Source of the DNA: Myxococcales bacterium
GTDB lineage: Bacteria > Myxococcota_A > UBA9042 > JABWCM01 > BTVJ01
Length of the DNA: 34,102 nt
NCBI GenBank assembly: GCA_045863395.1
Contig: BTVJ01000080.1
Span: forward strand, 1-34,102
Direction of reading: 5' to 3'
Shown: piece by piece, positions 1 to 8,263 of the stretch
How positions within the stretch are numbered: the first letter of the stretch is position 1
Layout: the number at the start of each line of letters is the position of its first letter
Program-made: the position numbers and the translations under genes
The notes under the pieces: generated by a model
Database searches by the model: none
What the model was told of the DNA's origin: nothing
What the model saw: the letters and a program-made list of their open reading frames with translations, nothing else

Positions 1-650
1 ACCTCCGTGATGCCCTCGTCGGTCACCTCGCCGGTCAGCCCGTCGGAGCAGAGCAGGAAGATGTCCCCGTTCCGAGGCTCCACGGTCCGGATGTCCACCG
101 CCACCGTGTCCTTCATACCCAGGGCGCGGACGATGATGTTCTTGTGGGGGAAGTTCGCCTCCTCCTCCTTGGTCAGGTTGGCGATCTTCTTGTAGTCGTT
201 GAGCAGCGAGTGGTCCTCGGTGAGCTGGTCGAGCATACCGTCCCGGAACAGGTAGATGCGGCTGTCTCCCACGTGGGCGGCCGACGCCCGGCCCTCGTGG
301 AAGAGCAGGGCGACCACCGTCGTGCCCATCTGCTTGTACTTCGCATGGGTGAGCGACTTCTCGTAGATGCGCAGGTTGGCCAGCTTGACGGACTGAGCGA
401 GGCGGTTCTCGTCGTAGCTGAGCGCCTTGTCCTCTTTGTACGGCCAGGTCACCTCGTCGTCGTCGCTGGTCTGGCGGAAGAAGTCGGCGAGTGTGTCCAC
501 GGCGATGCGGCTCGCGACCTCCCCCGACGAGTGGCCGCCCATCCCATCCGCGACCACGTAGAGCTGGTGCTCAGGCACGAGGACCAGGTTGTCCTCGTTG
601 TGATCGCGCTTCATCCCCACGTGTGTCGAGCCTGCGTAGCGTAGCTTCAT
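1..650 (-). CDS. PP2C/PPM-family Ser/Thr protein phosphatase (Stp1/Pph1-like), runs off the left edge
   Basis: Manual translation of the minus strand from ATG at 650 (not in the ORF track): MKLRYAGSTHVGMKRDHNEDN...YVVADGMGGHSSGEVAS...MGTTVVAL...AHVGDSRIY...QLTEDHS...HKNIIVRALG...FLLCSDGL. These are the canonical PPM motifs. Confidence 0.93.
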   Translation of the reverse strand, partial: MKLRYAGSTHVGMKRDHNEDNLVLVPEHQLYVVADGMGGHSSGEVASRIAVDTLADFFRQTSDDDEVTWPYKEDKALSYDENRLAQSVKLANLRIYEKSLTHAKYKQMGTTVVALLFHEGRASAAHVGDSRIYLFRDGMLDQLTEDHSLLNDYKKIANLTKEEEANFPHKNIIVRALGMKDTVAVDIRTVEPRNGDIFLLCSDGLTGEVTDEGITE

Positions 651-826
651 GCGATGGGTGCCCTGCCTCGTTTGTGGCCACTGCAATGGGAATCGTAGTC
701 CACTGGTCGTCACATGGTCAATCACCGCATCGTCCCCGGCGCCTTGGGTCGCGCACTTCACCTCTCCAGCGGGAGGGGCGGCCCCGCGAGCGGACCCACC
801 CGTGGTTGCCCCCGTCGTCGGGGGTG

Positions 827-843
827 GGGAACGTGTGTTCAGT
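827..843 (+). promoter_or_regulatory. Candidate LexA (SOS) box upstream of uvrA
   Basis: GAAC-GTGT-GTTC at 829-840 followed by AG. It matches 14 of 17 positions of the M. xanthus LexA consensus CTRHAMRYBYGTTCAGS as recalled, and lies just upstream of the -35 element. Confidence 0.6.
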
Positions 844-849
844 TATTCG

Positions 850-878
850 TTGACGCTCGAACGGCGTGGTGCTACCGT
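850..878 (+). promoter_or_regulatory. Sigma70-type promoter for uvrA
   Basis: TTGACG (850-855), 17-nt spacer, TACCGT (873-878) with an extended -10 TG at 870-871. Confidence 0.55.
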
Positions 879-909
879 GCGCCCCGTGGCTGACACGGAG
901 AAGGGCGAC

Positions 910-3774
910 ATGATCGACATCCGGGGTGCCCGCGAGCACAACCTGCAGGACGTCTCCGTGCGGGTCCCAAAGAATCGCCTCGTCGTGTTCACGGGCCCCA
1001 GCGGCTCGGGCAAGTCGTCGCTGGCCTTCGACACCCTCTTCGCGGAGGGGCAGCGACGGTACATCGAGTCCCTCTCGGCGTACGCCCGCCAGTTCCTCGG
1101 CCAGATGGAGAAGCCGCGCTACGACTCCATCCGTGGGCTGTCGCCCACCATCTCCATCGAGCAGAAGACCGTTTCGGCCAACCCCCGCTCCACGGTGGGC
1201 ACCATCACTGAAATCTACGACTACCTCCGGCTGCTCTTCGCGCGCGTGGGCCGTCAGCACTGCCACTCCTGCGGGCGCCCCGTCGGCAAGCAGGACCCGG
1301 AGCAGATCGTGGCGCAGCTCCTCGCACGCGGCGAGGGGACGCGGCTGCTGCTCCTGGCGCCCATCTCCCGGCAGCGCAAGGGCGAATTCCGCGACGTCCT
1401 GGACCAGGCGCGGCGCGACGGCTACACCCGCGTCCGCGTCGACGGCGTCTCACGAGGGCTGGACGAAGAGATCGTCCTCGACAAGAAGAAGAAGCACGAC
1501 CTCGACCTGGTGGTGGACCGCGTGGTCGTGCGGGCCGACCAGCGGCAGCGGCTCACGGATTCGGTGGAGACGGCGCTGCGCGCCGGCAAGGGCCACATGG
1601 CGGTGCAGGAGCCGGATGGCCCGGACGAGCTCTTCAGTGAGGCGCTCCACTGCGCTGCGTGTGACCTGTCCTACCCGGAGCTCACCCCCCCACTGTTCTC
1701 CTTCAACACGCCGCTCGGTATGTGTCCCGAGTGCAATGGCCTTGGCGTCGAGATGGCGGTCGACCCGGCCCGGGTGGTGCCCGACCCGACGCTGTCCCTC
1801 AAGGGCGGCGCCATCGAGCCATGGACGAGCCGCGTCGCGGGTGAGGAGGGGTGGACCTTCGAGATCGCCCGCGGCCTCGCCCGCACCTTCGGTCTAGACC
1901 TGGACGCCCCCTTCGCCTCCCTCTCCGAGGAGCACCGCCACATCGTGCTCCACGGCAGCGAGACCCCCATCGAGGTCGAGTGGAAGACCGCCAACTCCAC
2001 GGGCACCCATCGCATGCGCTACGAGGGCGTGGTCAACGCGCTGCTCCGCAGGTGGCGCGACACCAAGAGCGAGGAGATGCGGGAGTGGTACGGCCGCTAC
2101 CTCAGCGCCCGCCCCTGCGGCACCTGCGAGGGCAGCCGCCTGAACCCGGCCGCCCGGTCGGTGCGAGTCGCAGGCCAGACCATCCCGGTGATCGTCCGCT
2201 GGCCCGTGCGGCAGTGCGCCGCGTTCTTCGATGCCCTGGAGCTCGTGGGCAACGACGCCCTCATCGGGGTAGAGATCGTCCGCGAGATCCGCGCCCGCCT
2301 CTCGTTCCTGCTCAACGTGGGCCTCGACTACCTCACGCTGGACCGCGCCGGCGGCACGTTGTCGGGCGGCGAGAGCCAGCGCATCCGCCTCGCGTCCCAG
2401 ATTGGCAGCGAGCTGACCGGCGTGCTCTACATCCTCGACGAGCCGACCATCGGTCTGCACCAGCGCGACAACCGGCGCCTGATCGCGACCCTCGAGCGGC
2501 TGCGCGACATCGGCAACTCCGTCCTGGTGGTCGAGCACGACCTGGACACCATCCTGGCGGCTGACCGCGTCTACGACTTCGGCCCCGGTGCCGGTCGCCT
2601 CGGGGGGCGCATCGTGGCCGAGGGCACGGCAGCGGAGCTGGCCAGCGATCCCGCGTCCATCACGGGGGCCTTCCTGTCGGGCCGCGAGTGCATCCCCATC
2701 CCGCCACGGCGCCGCGCTCCTCGCGCCTGGCTCACCATCCGTGGCCCCCGCGCCAACAACCTGGCTGGGGAGGACATCGCGTTGCCGCTCGGCGTGTTCT
2801 GCGCCGTCACCGGGGTCTCCGGTGCCGGGAAGTCCACCCTGGTCAACCAGATCCTGCTGCCCGCCCTGTCGCGGGCGCTCCACGGCGCCCGCGTCGAGGT
2901 GGGCGAGCACGACGGGATCGACGGCCTCGACGCCATCGACAAGGTCATCGACATCGATCAGCGCCCCATCGGGCGCACCCCGCGCTCCAATCCGGCCACC
3001 TACACGAAGCTCCTCGATCACATCCGCACGGCCTTCGCTTCGACGAAGGAGGCGCGGACCTACGGCTACGGTCCGGGGCGGTTCTCCTTCAACGTCAAGG
3101 GCGGTCGCTGCGAGCGCTGCGAGGGTGCTGGCTCCCTGAAGATCGAGATGCACTTCCTGGCCGACGTCTATGTGCCCTGCGACCAGTGCGGGGGCAGGCG
3201 CTTCAACGAGGCGACGCTCCGCGTCCGGTACAAGGGGCACTCCATCGCGGACGTCCTGGAGATGAGCGTCGACGAGGCGGTGGAGGTCTTCGGCAACCAC
3301 CGCACCATCCGCCGCATCCTTGAGACGCTGGCCGCCGTCGGGCTCGGGTACATCCACCTGGGGCAGCCGTCCCACACCCTGTCCGGCGGGGAGGCGCAGC
3401 GGGTGAAGCTGTCACGAGAGCTCGCAAAGGTGGAGACCGGCCGCACCCTCTACGTCCTCGACGAGCCGTCGACGGGCCTGCACTTCGACGACGTGCGCAA
3501 GCTCCTGGGGGTCACGGACGCCCTGGTGGAGGCGGGCAACACGGTCGTCATGATCGAGCACAACCTGGACATCATCAAGACGGCGGACTGGGTGGTGGAC
3601 CTGGGTCCGGAGGGAGGAGACCGGGGCGGCCGGGTGGTGGCGCAGGGCACGCCGGAGCAGGTCGCTGGTTCGGCTGGGTCCTATACGGGGGAGTTCTTGG
3701 AGCGGGTCATGCAGGGGCCCGCGCTTGCGACAGACGCGGCGCCCAAGGGGGCTCGGGCCCGGCGCGCCGGCTGA
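910..3774 (+). CDS. uvrA: Excinuclease ABC subunit A
   Basis: IDIRGAREHNL, two Walker A motifs (GPSGSGKSS, GVSGAGKST), LSGGESQRIRLASQIGS and LSGGEAQRVKL signatures, and CxxC zinc fingers. Start placed at ATG 910 (GGAG RBS); GTG 886 is possible. Confidence 0.98.
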   Translation: MIDIRGAREHNLQDVSVRVPKNRLVVFTGPSGSGKSSLAFDTLFAEGQRRYIESLSAYARQFLGQMEKPRYDSIRGLSPTISIEQKTVSANPRSTVGTITEIYDYLRLLFARVGRQHCHSCGRPVGKQDPEQIVAQLLARGEGTRLLLLAPISRQRKGEFRDVLDQARRDGYTRVRVDGVSRGLDEEIVLDKKKKHDLDLVVDRVVVRADQRQRLTDSVETALRAGKGHMAVQEPDGPDELFSEALHCAACDLSYPELTPPLFSFNTPLGMCPECNGLGVEMAVDPARVVPDPTLSLKGGAIEPWTSRVAGEEGWTFEIARGLARTFGLDLDAPFASLSEEHRHIVLHGSETPIEVEWKTANSTGTHRMRYEGVVNALLRRWRDTKSEEMREWYGRYLSARPCGTCEGSRLNPAARSVRVAGQTIPVIVRWPVRQCAAFFDALELVGNDALIGVEIVREIRARLSFLLNVGLDYLTLDRAGGTLSGGESQRIRLASQIGSELTGVLYILDEPTIGLHQRDNRRLIATLERLRDIGNSVLVVEHDLDTILAADRVYDFGPGAGRLGGRIVAEGTAAELASDPASITGAFLSGRECIPIPPRRRAPRAWLTIRGPRANNLAGEDIALPLGVFCAVTGVSGAGKSTLVNQILLPALSRALHGARVEVGEHDGIDGLDAIDKVIDIDQRPIGRTPRSNPATYTKLLDHIRTAFASTKEARTYGYGPGRFSFNVKGGRCERCEGAGSLKIEMHFLADVYVPCDQCGGRRFNEATLRVRYKGHSIADVLEMSVDEAVEVFGNHRTIRRILETLAAVGLGYIHLGQPSHTLSGGEAQRVKLSRELAKVETGRTLYVLDEPSTGLHFDDVRKLLGVTDALVEAGNTVVMIEHNLDIIKTADWVVDLGPEGGDRGGRVVAQGTPEQVAGSAGSYTGEFLERVMQGPALATDAAPKGARARRAG

Positions 3775-3843
3775 CATCGCCGCCTCCGCACTCTGTGTGG
3801 GTAATGTCTCGAAATCGCACGTGAATTTGCGTCGTCGCGGTGG

Positions 3844-3873
3844 TTGACAGATCGGCGGTGGGGCCGGTACGAT
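3844..3873 (+). promoter_or_regulatory. Sigma70-type promoter for the kinase gene
   Basis: TTGACA (3844-3849), 18-nt spacer, TACGAT (3868-3873). Confidence 0.6.
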
Positions 3874-3948
3874 GCAGCGCCATTCGTGCGAAGGTGTGCC
3901 CGGGCGCTCCGGGAGTCGCGCGATTCCACGAAGCAGGCGAGGGTGCGC

Positions 3949-6201
3949 ATGGCGATGAAGTACGGCAAGTACCTGCTGGAGAAGCAGCTCGCCATCGGTG
4001 GGATGGCCGAGGTGTTCCTGGCTCACCAGGAGGGCCCGGCGGGCTTCCGCAAGACGCTCTGCATCAAGCGCATCCTCCCGAACTTCGCCAACGACGCGGC
4101 CTTCATCGATATGTTCCTGGATGAGGCGCGCACCGCGGCCCAGCTCAGCCACCCGAACATCGTCCAGATCTACGAGCTCGGCGAGTCGGACGGGTCCTAC
4201 TACATCGCGATGGAGTACATTCGGGGGCCGGCGCTCTCCAAGGTCATCCGGCGCCTCAAGCAGGCCGACCTGCACATCCCGTTGCACTACGCAGCCAAGA
4301 TCGTCGCGAACGTGTGCGCTGGCCTGGAGTACGCCCACACCTTCACGGACTCCGAGGGGCAGCCGCTCCACCTGGTCCACCGCGACATCAGCCCCGACAA
4401 CGTCCTCGTGAGCTTCGCCGGCGCGGTCAAGATGATCGACTTCGGCATCGCCAAGGCGAAGACCAACCAGTCGAAGACCCAGGCGGGCGCGGTCAAGGGC
4501 AAGTTCAGCTATATGTCGCCCGAGCAGATCATGGGCTCCACGCTGGACGGCCGCAGCGACCTCTTCTCGCTGGGGATCGTCCTCTACGAGCTGACGACCC
4601 TGCGCAAGCCCTTCGGCGAGGATGCGGACCTGATGACGGTGAGCGCCATCGTCAACGACCCGCCGCCCCTGCCCGCTGACATGTTCGAGGGGTATCCGCC
4701 CGCGCTTCAGTCGGTGATCCTCCGCGCACTGGCGAAGGACCGCAGAGAGCGCTTCGCTACCGCGCAGGAGATGCAGAACGAGCTGGAGCGGTTCATCCAC
4801 GAGCAGGGCGAGTTCCTGAGCGAGCGCGACATCGGCAACTACATGACGCGCCTGTTCAGCCAGTCTCCGTCCGATCTGGAGACCTTGCGCCAGCTTGGGA
4901 CGGGCGTCCGCATGAAGCTCACGGGAGTCCCCGTGGTTCGCGCGGTCACGGGCGTTGGAGCCGACGAGGAGACGGTGCTCGCTCACGGCACCGGGCAGGT
5001 CATGCTCTCGCCCGAGCCGGAGACCATGGAGATCGAGCGCACACCGCCGCGGGGCGCCCCTGCGGACGACCCGGACGCGACCCGTCAGGTCCGGGCCGTG
5101 AGTGAGGCACCCACAGCAAGGGAAGCCGACGCCCCAAGGTCTGCGGGTGCAGAGGCGAACGGCACCCGCCCGACACCCAGAGTGGAGCCGTCTGACTCTC
5201 GCACGACGGCGCAGCCAGCTTCAGGGGGCAGCAAGAAGGGCCTCTGGCTCGCGCTTGGCCTGGTGGCTCTCGCCGCGGTCGCGGTAGGGCTGTGGTTTGC
5301 CTTCGGCGGCGGCACGCCGAGCACCGGCGCGGCCACGACGGGGACCGGCAGCGCTGCCCCCGTCGCCGTGGCGTCGGATGCCGTCGCGAGGCCGGAGGAC
5401 GCAGGTGGACACGCGGCCCGGAAGGACGCACAACCGGCGGCCCCTGACTCGAAGGTCGCGCTGGCAGCACCAGTGGATGCAGGGAGCCCTGCGCCCGAAG
5501 ACACAGGGACTGCGGCGACGGACGCGGCGCTCCCCGGGGACACCGCATCGGGGCCGAGTCCCGACGTCCAGCATGCAGTGGACGCCGCTCCCGCCGACGT
5601 CGCTCCCCCGGCGCCCGACGGTGCCAGGGAGGACGCGGGCCAACCTCCCGTCGACGCAACCACGCCCACGGCGGTGGACGCTGGAGCAGCGCCGGCTGCT
5701 GAGGACACCCTTGCGGCTGTGGACGACGCCCTCGTGGCCGCGGACGTAGAGCAGGAGCCCGACGAGACGGAGGACGTCCAGGCAGCGGAGGGGATCGAGT
5801 CCGGCAAGGTGCGCGTCACGTCCGAGCCGGCCACCGACGTCTACTGGGCTGGGCGCAAGCAAGGGCGCACGCCGTTGACGCTGGACCTCCCCGCCGGTCC
5901 CCAGACGATCAAGCTCAGAGGTCCAAGCGGCCTGCGCAAGACCCTCTCAGTGACCGTACAGCCAGACAGGCAGGTCACAGCGTCCTTCACCGCCGTGCGT
6001 GGCGTCGTAGCCTTTGAGGTGCCCCGCGGCGTCCTCGTCTTCTTGAACGGTGCCTCGCTGGGCGCCGCACCCGTGAAGATGCAGCAGGTCTGGGAGGGCG
6101 AGCACACGGTGGAGCTGCGCAGCCCCGACGGCCGGCGCACGGTTCGCTCGGTCAAGATCACGAAGGACGAGCCCAAGGTCCTCGTGAGGCACACGTTCTG
6201 A
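3949..6201 (+). CDS. Membrane Hanks-type Ser/Thr protein kinase with Asp/Ala/Pro-rich linker and C-terminal PEGA-like domains
   Basis: LAIGGMAEVF, IKRI, HRDISPDN, DFGIAK, KGKFSYMSPEQ and DGRSDLFSLG motifs; TM segment GLWLALGLVALAAVAVGLWFAF; PEGA-like VTSEPATDVYW..GRTPLTLDLPAG. Start is ATG 3949 or 3955. Confidence 0.95.
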   Translation: MAMKYGKYLLEKQLAIGGMAEVFLAHQEGPAGFRKTLCIKRILPNFANDAAFIDMFLDEARTAAQLSHPNIVQIYELGESDGSYYIAMEYIRGPALSKVIRRLKQADLHIPLHYAAKIVANVCAGLEYAHTFTDSEGQPLHLVHRDISPDNVLVSFAGAVKMIDFGIAKAKTNQSKTQAGAVKGKFSYMSPEQIMGSTLDGRSDLFSLGIVLYELTTLRKPFGEDADLMTVSAIVNDPPPLPADMFEGYPPALQSVILRALAKDRRERFATAQEMQNELERFIHEQGEFLSERDIGNYMTRLFSQSPSDLETLRQLGTGVRMKLTGVPVVRAVTGVGADEETVLAHGTGQVMLSPEPETMEIERTPPRGAPADDPDATRQVRAVSEAPTAREADAPRSAGAEANGTRPTPRVEPSDSRTTAQPASGGSKKGLWLALGLVALAAVAVGLWFAFGGGTPSTGAATTGTGSAAPVAVASDAVARPEDAGGHAARKDAQPAAPDSKVALAAPVDAGSPAPEDTGTAATDAALPGDTASGPSPDVQHAVDAAPADVAPPAPDGAREDAGQPPVDATTPTAVDAGAAPAAEDTLAAVDDALVAADVEQEPDETEDVQAAEGIESGKVRVTSEPATDVYWAGRKQGRTPLTLDLPAGPQTIKLRGPSGLRKTLSVTVQPDRQVTASFTAVRGVVAFEVPRGVLVFLNGASLGAAPVKMQQVWEGEHTVELRSPDGRRTVRSVKITKDEPKVLVRHTF

Positions 6202-6319
6202 GCGGAGTGGGGCGGCGAAGGCTCCCCCAATCAGGCGTACAGCCGCATCTGGGCACAGCATCCCGCCGAGGCCCACCAAATTGTGGGGGGCGCCTTGGCA
6301 CGCTGCCGTAGTGAGCGGA

Positions 6320-7480
6320 TCACTCGTTGATGGAGTTGCGGGCGAACTCGAAGCGGGTCACGTAGGGCATCACCTCGGGGATGAACAGGTGCTGCACTGA
6401 CGTGACGAGGTACTTACCCCCGAAGCGCTTCCCGAACTCCTTGACCTCGATGGTGTTCCCCGGGACGAGCTTCGGCGCCCCCTCCACCTCTGCCTCCCCG
6501 GTCACGAACTCCATGGCCAGCGAGTCGAAGATGGCCTGCGCCACCTTGTCGGCCTCGTCCTTGCTGTACACTGGGTGGTCGACGACCACCACCTTGGAGC
6601 CGTCGTCTCCAGAGCCGAAGAGCGCCTTGGTCGTCGCCTTGTGACCTTGGGTGCCGCCGAAGCTCAGCGTCGGTGACTCGGCCACGCCCACGATGTTCTT
6701 CTTCTGCTTGGGATCCCAGCCGCGGACCTCCACCCGGCTCACCTGCTTGACCGTGCTCATGCGGAACCGGATGTCCTGCGCGACATGCGGATCCGTGCCC
6801 TCCGGCTTCGTGCGCACGACCGTCATGGCAACGTCCGCGGGCTCGATCTTGCGCATGGAGAGCTGCTTGTCCTTGTCCGACGAGGTGTTGGCCTTGAAGC
6901 CCAGGTCGATGCCCAGCGACTTCACGAACTGATAGTCGTTGATGTTGAGCTGCGGAACGTGCCGGAACTTGGGCGGCGTATCGCCCAGCTCGCCTGCGGA
7001 GAGCTGGTGCTTGGTCCCCTTGTGTCCGCCGCTGTTCTTGATCACGTCGTCGACGATGGTCTTGTAGTCGAAGGCGTCCTGCTTCTTGTCGTCCCAGGTC
7101 TTGGACCGCGTCCCGCGGGTGAGCCGGTGGGAGCGGTCGTACCCGCTGATGGTCACCGTTCCATTGCCGTCCTTGCCGTAGTGAGGCTCGACGTAGGAGA
7201 TCTCACCCTTGAAGACCAGCTCCTCCTTCTCGTACCCGATGTGGATCTCGACTGGGTTGCCCTCCTTGAATGTGTCGAGGAAGGTCAGCTCAGTGCCCAC
7301 CAGCAGGTGATAGTCCACCGTGAACATGTCCGGGCTGTCGAGGCGCTTGTCTACGTGGATGCGGGTGATGTGCAGCCCATTCGCGGTGGTCAGAGTCTCC
7401 TTCCCGCTGGAGGTGGAGAAGTCTGTCTTTCCATCGATCTTGATGGTGATCCGCGGGATTGTCGCCTTCTGCTGCGCCAT
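6320..7480 (-). CDS. Baseplate hub, phage late control D/gp27-like (N-terminal part of VgrG/Afp8) with no gp5 spike domain
   Basis: LDSPDMFT, FKGEISYVEPHY, GYDRSHRLTRG, QVSRVEVRGWDPKQKK and GKRFGGKYLVTSVQH motifs; lies directly after the LysM tube gene. Confidence 0.85.
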   Translation of the reverse strand: MAQQKATIPRITIKIDGKTDFSTSSGKETLTTANGLHITRIHVDKRLDSPDMFTVDYHLLVGTELTFLDTFKEGNPVEIHIGYEKEELVFKGEISYVEPHYGKDGNGTVTISGYDRSHRLTRGTRSKTWDDKKQDAFDYKTIVDDVIKNSGGHKGTKHQLSAGELGDTPPKFRHVPQLNINDYQFVKSLGIDLGFKANTSSDKDKQLSMRKIEPADVAMTVVRTKPEGTDPHVAQDIRFRMSTVKQVSRVEVRGWDPKQKKNIVGVAESPTLSFGGTQGHKATTKALFGSGDDGSKVVVVDHPVYSKDEADKVAQAIFDSLAMEFVTGEAEVEGAPKLVPGNTIEVKEFGKRFGGKYLVTSVQHLFIPEVMPYVTRFEFARNSINE

Positions 7481-7489
7481 TGCGCCCTC

Positions 7490-8263
7490 CTACACGAGGA
7501 TCGGAGGAACGACGAGCTTCGTCCCCGGCTTGACATTCATGGGGTCGTCGAGGCCGTTGGCGTCGGCGATGCGCCGCCACTCGCGCGGATCGTCGTACTC
7601 CTGGTACGCGATGCTCTGCAGGGTGTCGCCGCGCCGCATGGTCACCAGCTTTGCGTGGTCGGGGGACTCGTTGGCGGCCATCTCGTGCTGCTGCTGCTCG
7701 GGGCGGGCCTCCTTGAGCGTCACGTTCACCTTGGCCCGCACCGGTGTCCCGTCGTTGAGGAACATCGTGTACTCGACGTCGAGGCTGGTCACCTTGAACG
7801 GCGGGCAGTTGTAGATGTCCACCTGGTTGCCGAAGTTGCCCCAGGTGAAGATCACGAACGGCGGGTCGTGCTGGTCCTTGTTGTCTCGCAGCGCGAGCTT
7901 CTCCAGCTTGTCGATGTACTCCGTCCGCACGCTGGTCCGCTTCTCGAAGGTGTCGAAGATGATGTTCGACAGCGTCAGCGTGCGACCCTCATTGCCTCCA
8001 TAGGTCTTGTCCGCCGAGTCCGAGGACGCGTCGCGGGTCTGACGCCACTGGGGCGTGACTGTCCACTTCACGCTTGCAGGGTTGTACATGAACGTGATGG
8101 GCGAGACCGCCGTGTTGGGGCTGGTCGACGCGTTCTTGCCCTGGCCGTCGACAGTCACCGGGACGATCTGCGCCTTCTCCAGCTTCCCTCCCCAGATGCC
8201 GGCGTCGATCGCCCCTGTGATGGCGCTCAGCCCCGCGCTGATCAGGTCTTGTGCGATTGCCAT
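7490..8263 (-). CDS. CIS tube-initiator protein with C-terminal LysM (Afp7/Pvc7-like)
   Basis: FMYNP, TLTLSNIIFDTFE, PPFVIFTWG and YTMFLNDGTPVRAKVNVTLKE motifs; LysM segment RRGDTLQSIAYQEYDDPREWRRIADANGLDDP. Confidence 0.9.
   Translation of the reverse strand: MAIAQDLISAGLSAITGAIDAGIWGGKLEKAQIVPVTVDGQGKNASTSPNTAVSPITFMYNPASVKWTVTPQWRQTRDASSDSADKTYGGNEGRTLTLSNIIFDTFEKRTSVRTEYIDKLEKLALRDNKDQHDPPFVIFTWGNFGNQVDIYNCPPFKVTSLDVEYTMFLNDGTPVRAKVNVTLKEARPEQQQHEMAANESPDHAKLVTMRRGDTLQSIAYQEYDDPREWRRIADANGLDDPMNVKPGTKLVVPPILV

Noticed and set aside
649..909. N-terminal 87 codons of the 1041-aa uvrA ORF
   Set aside because: They overlap the phosphatase start and contain the promoter and SOS box; UvrA similarity begins at about 910.
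6295..6312. TTGGCACG as a sigma54 promoter; likewise TTGGCAC near 18505
   Set aside because: No TTGC -12 element at the required spacing, and the 6295 site lies between convergent genes.
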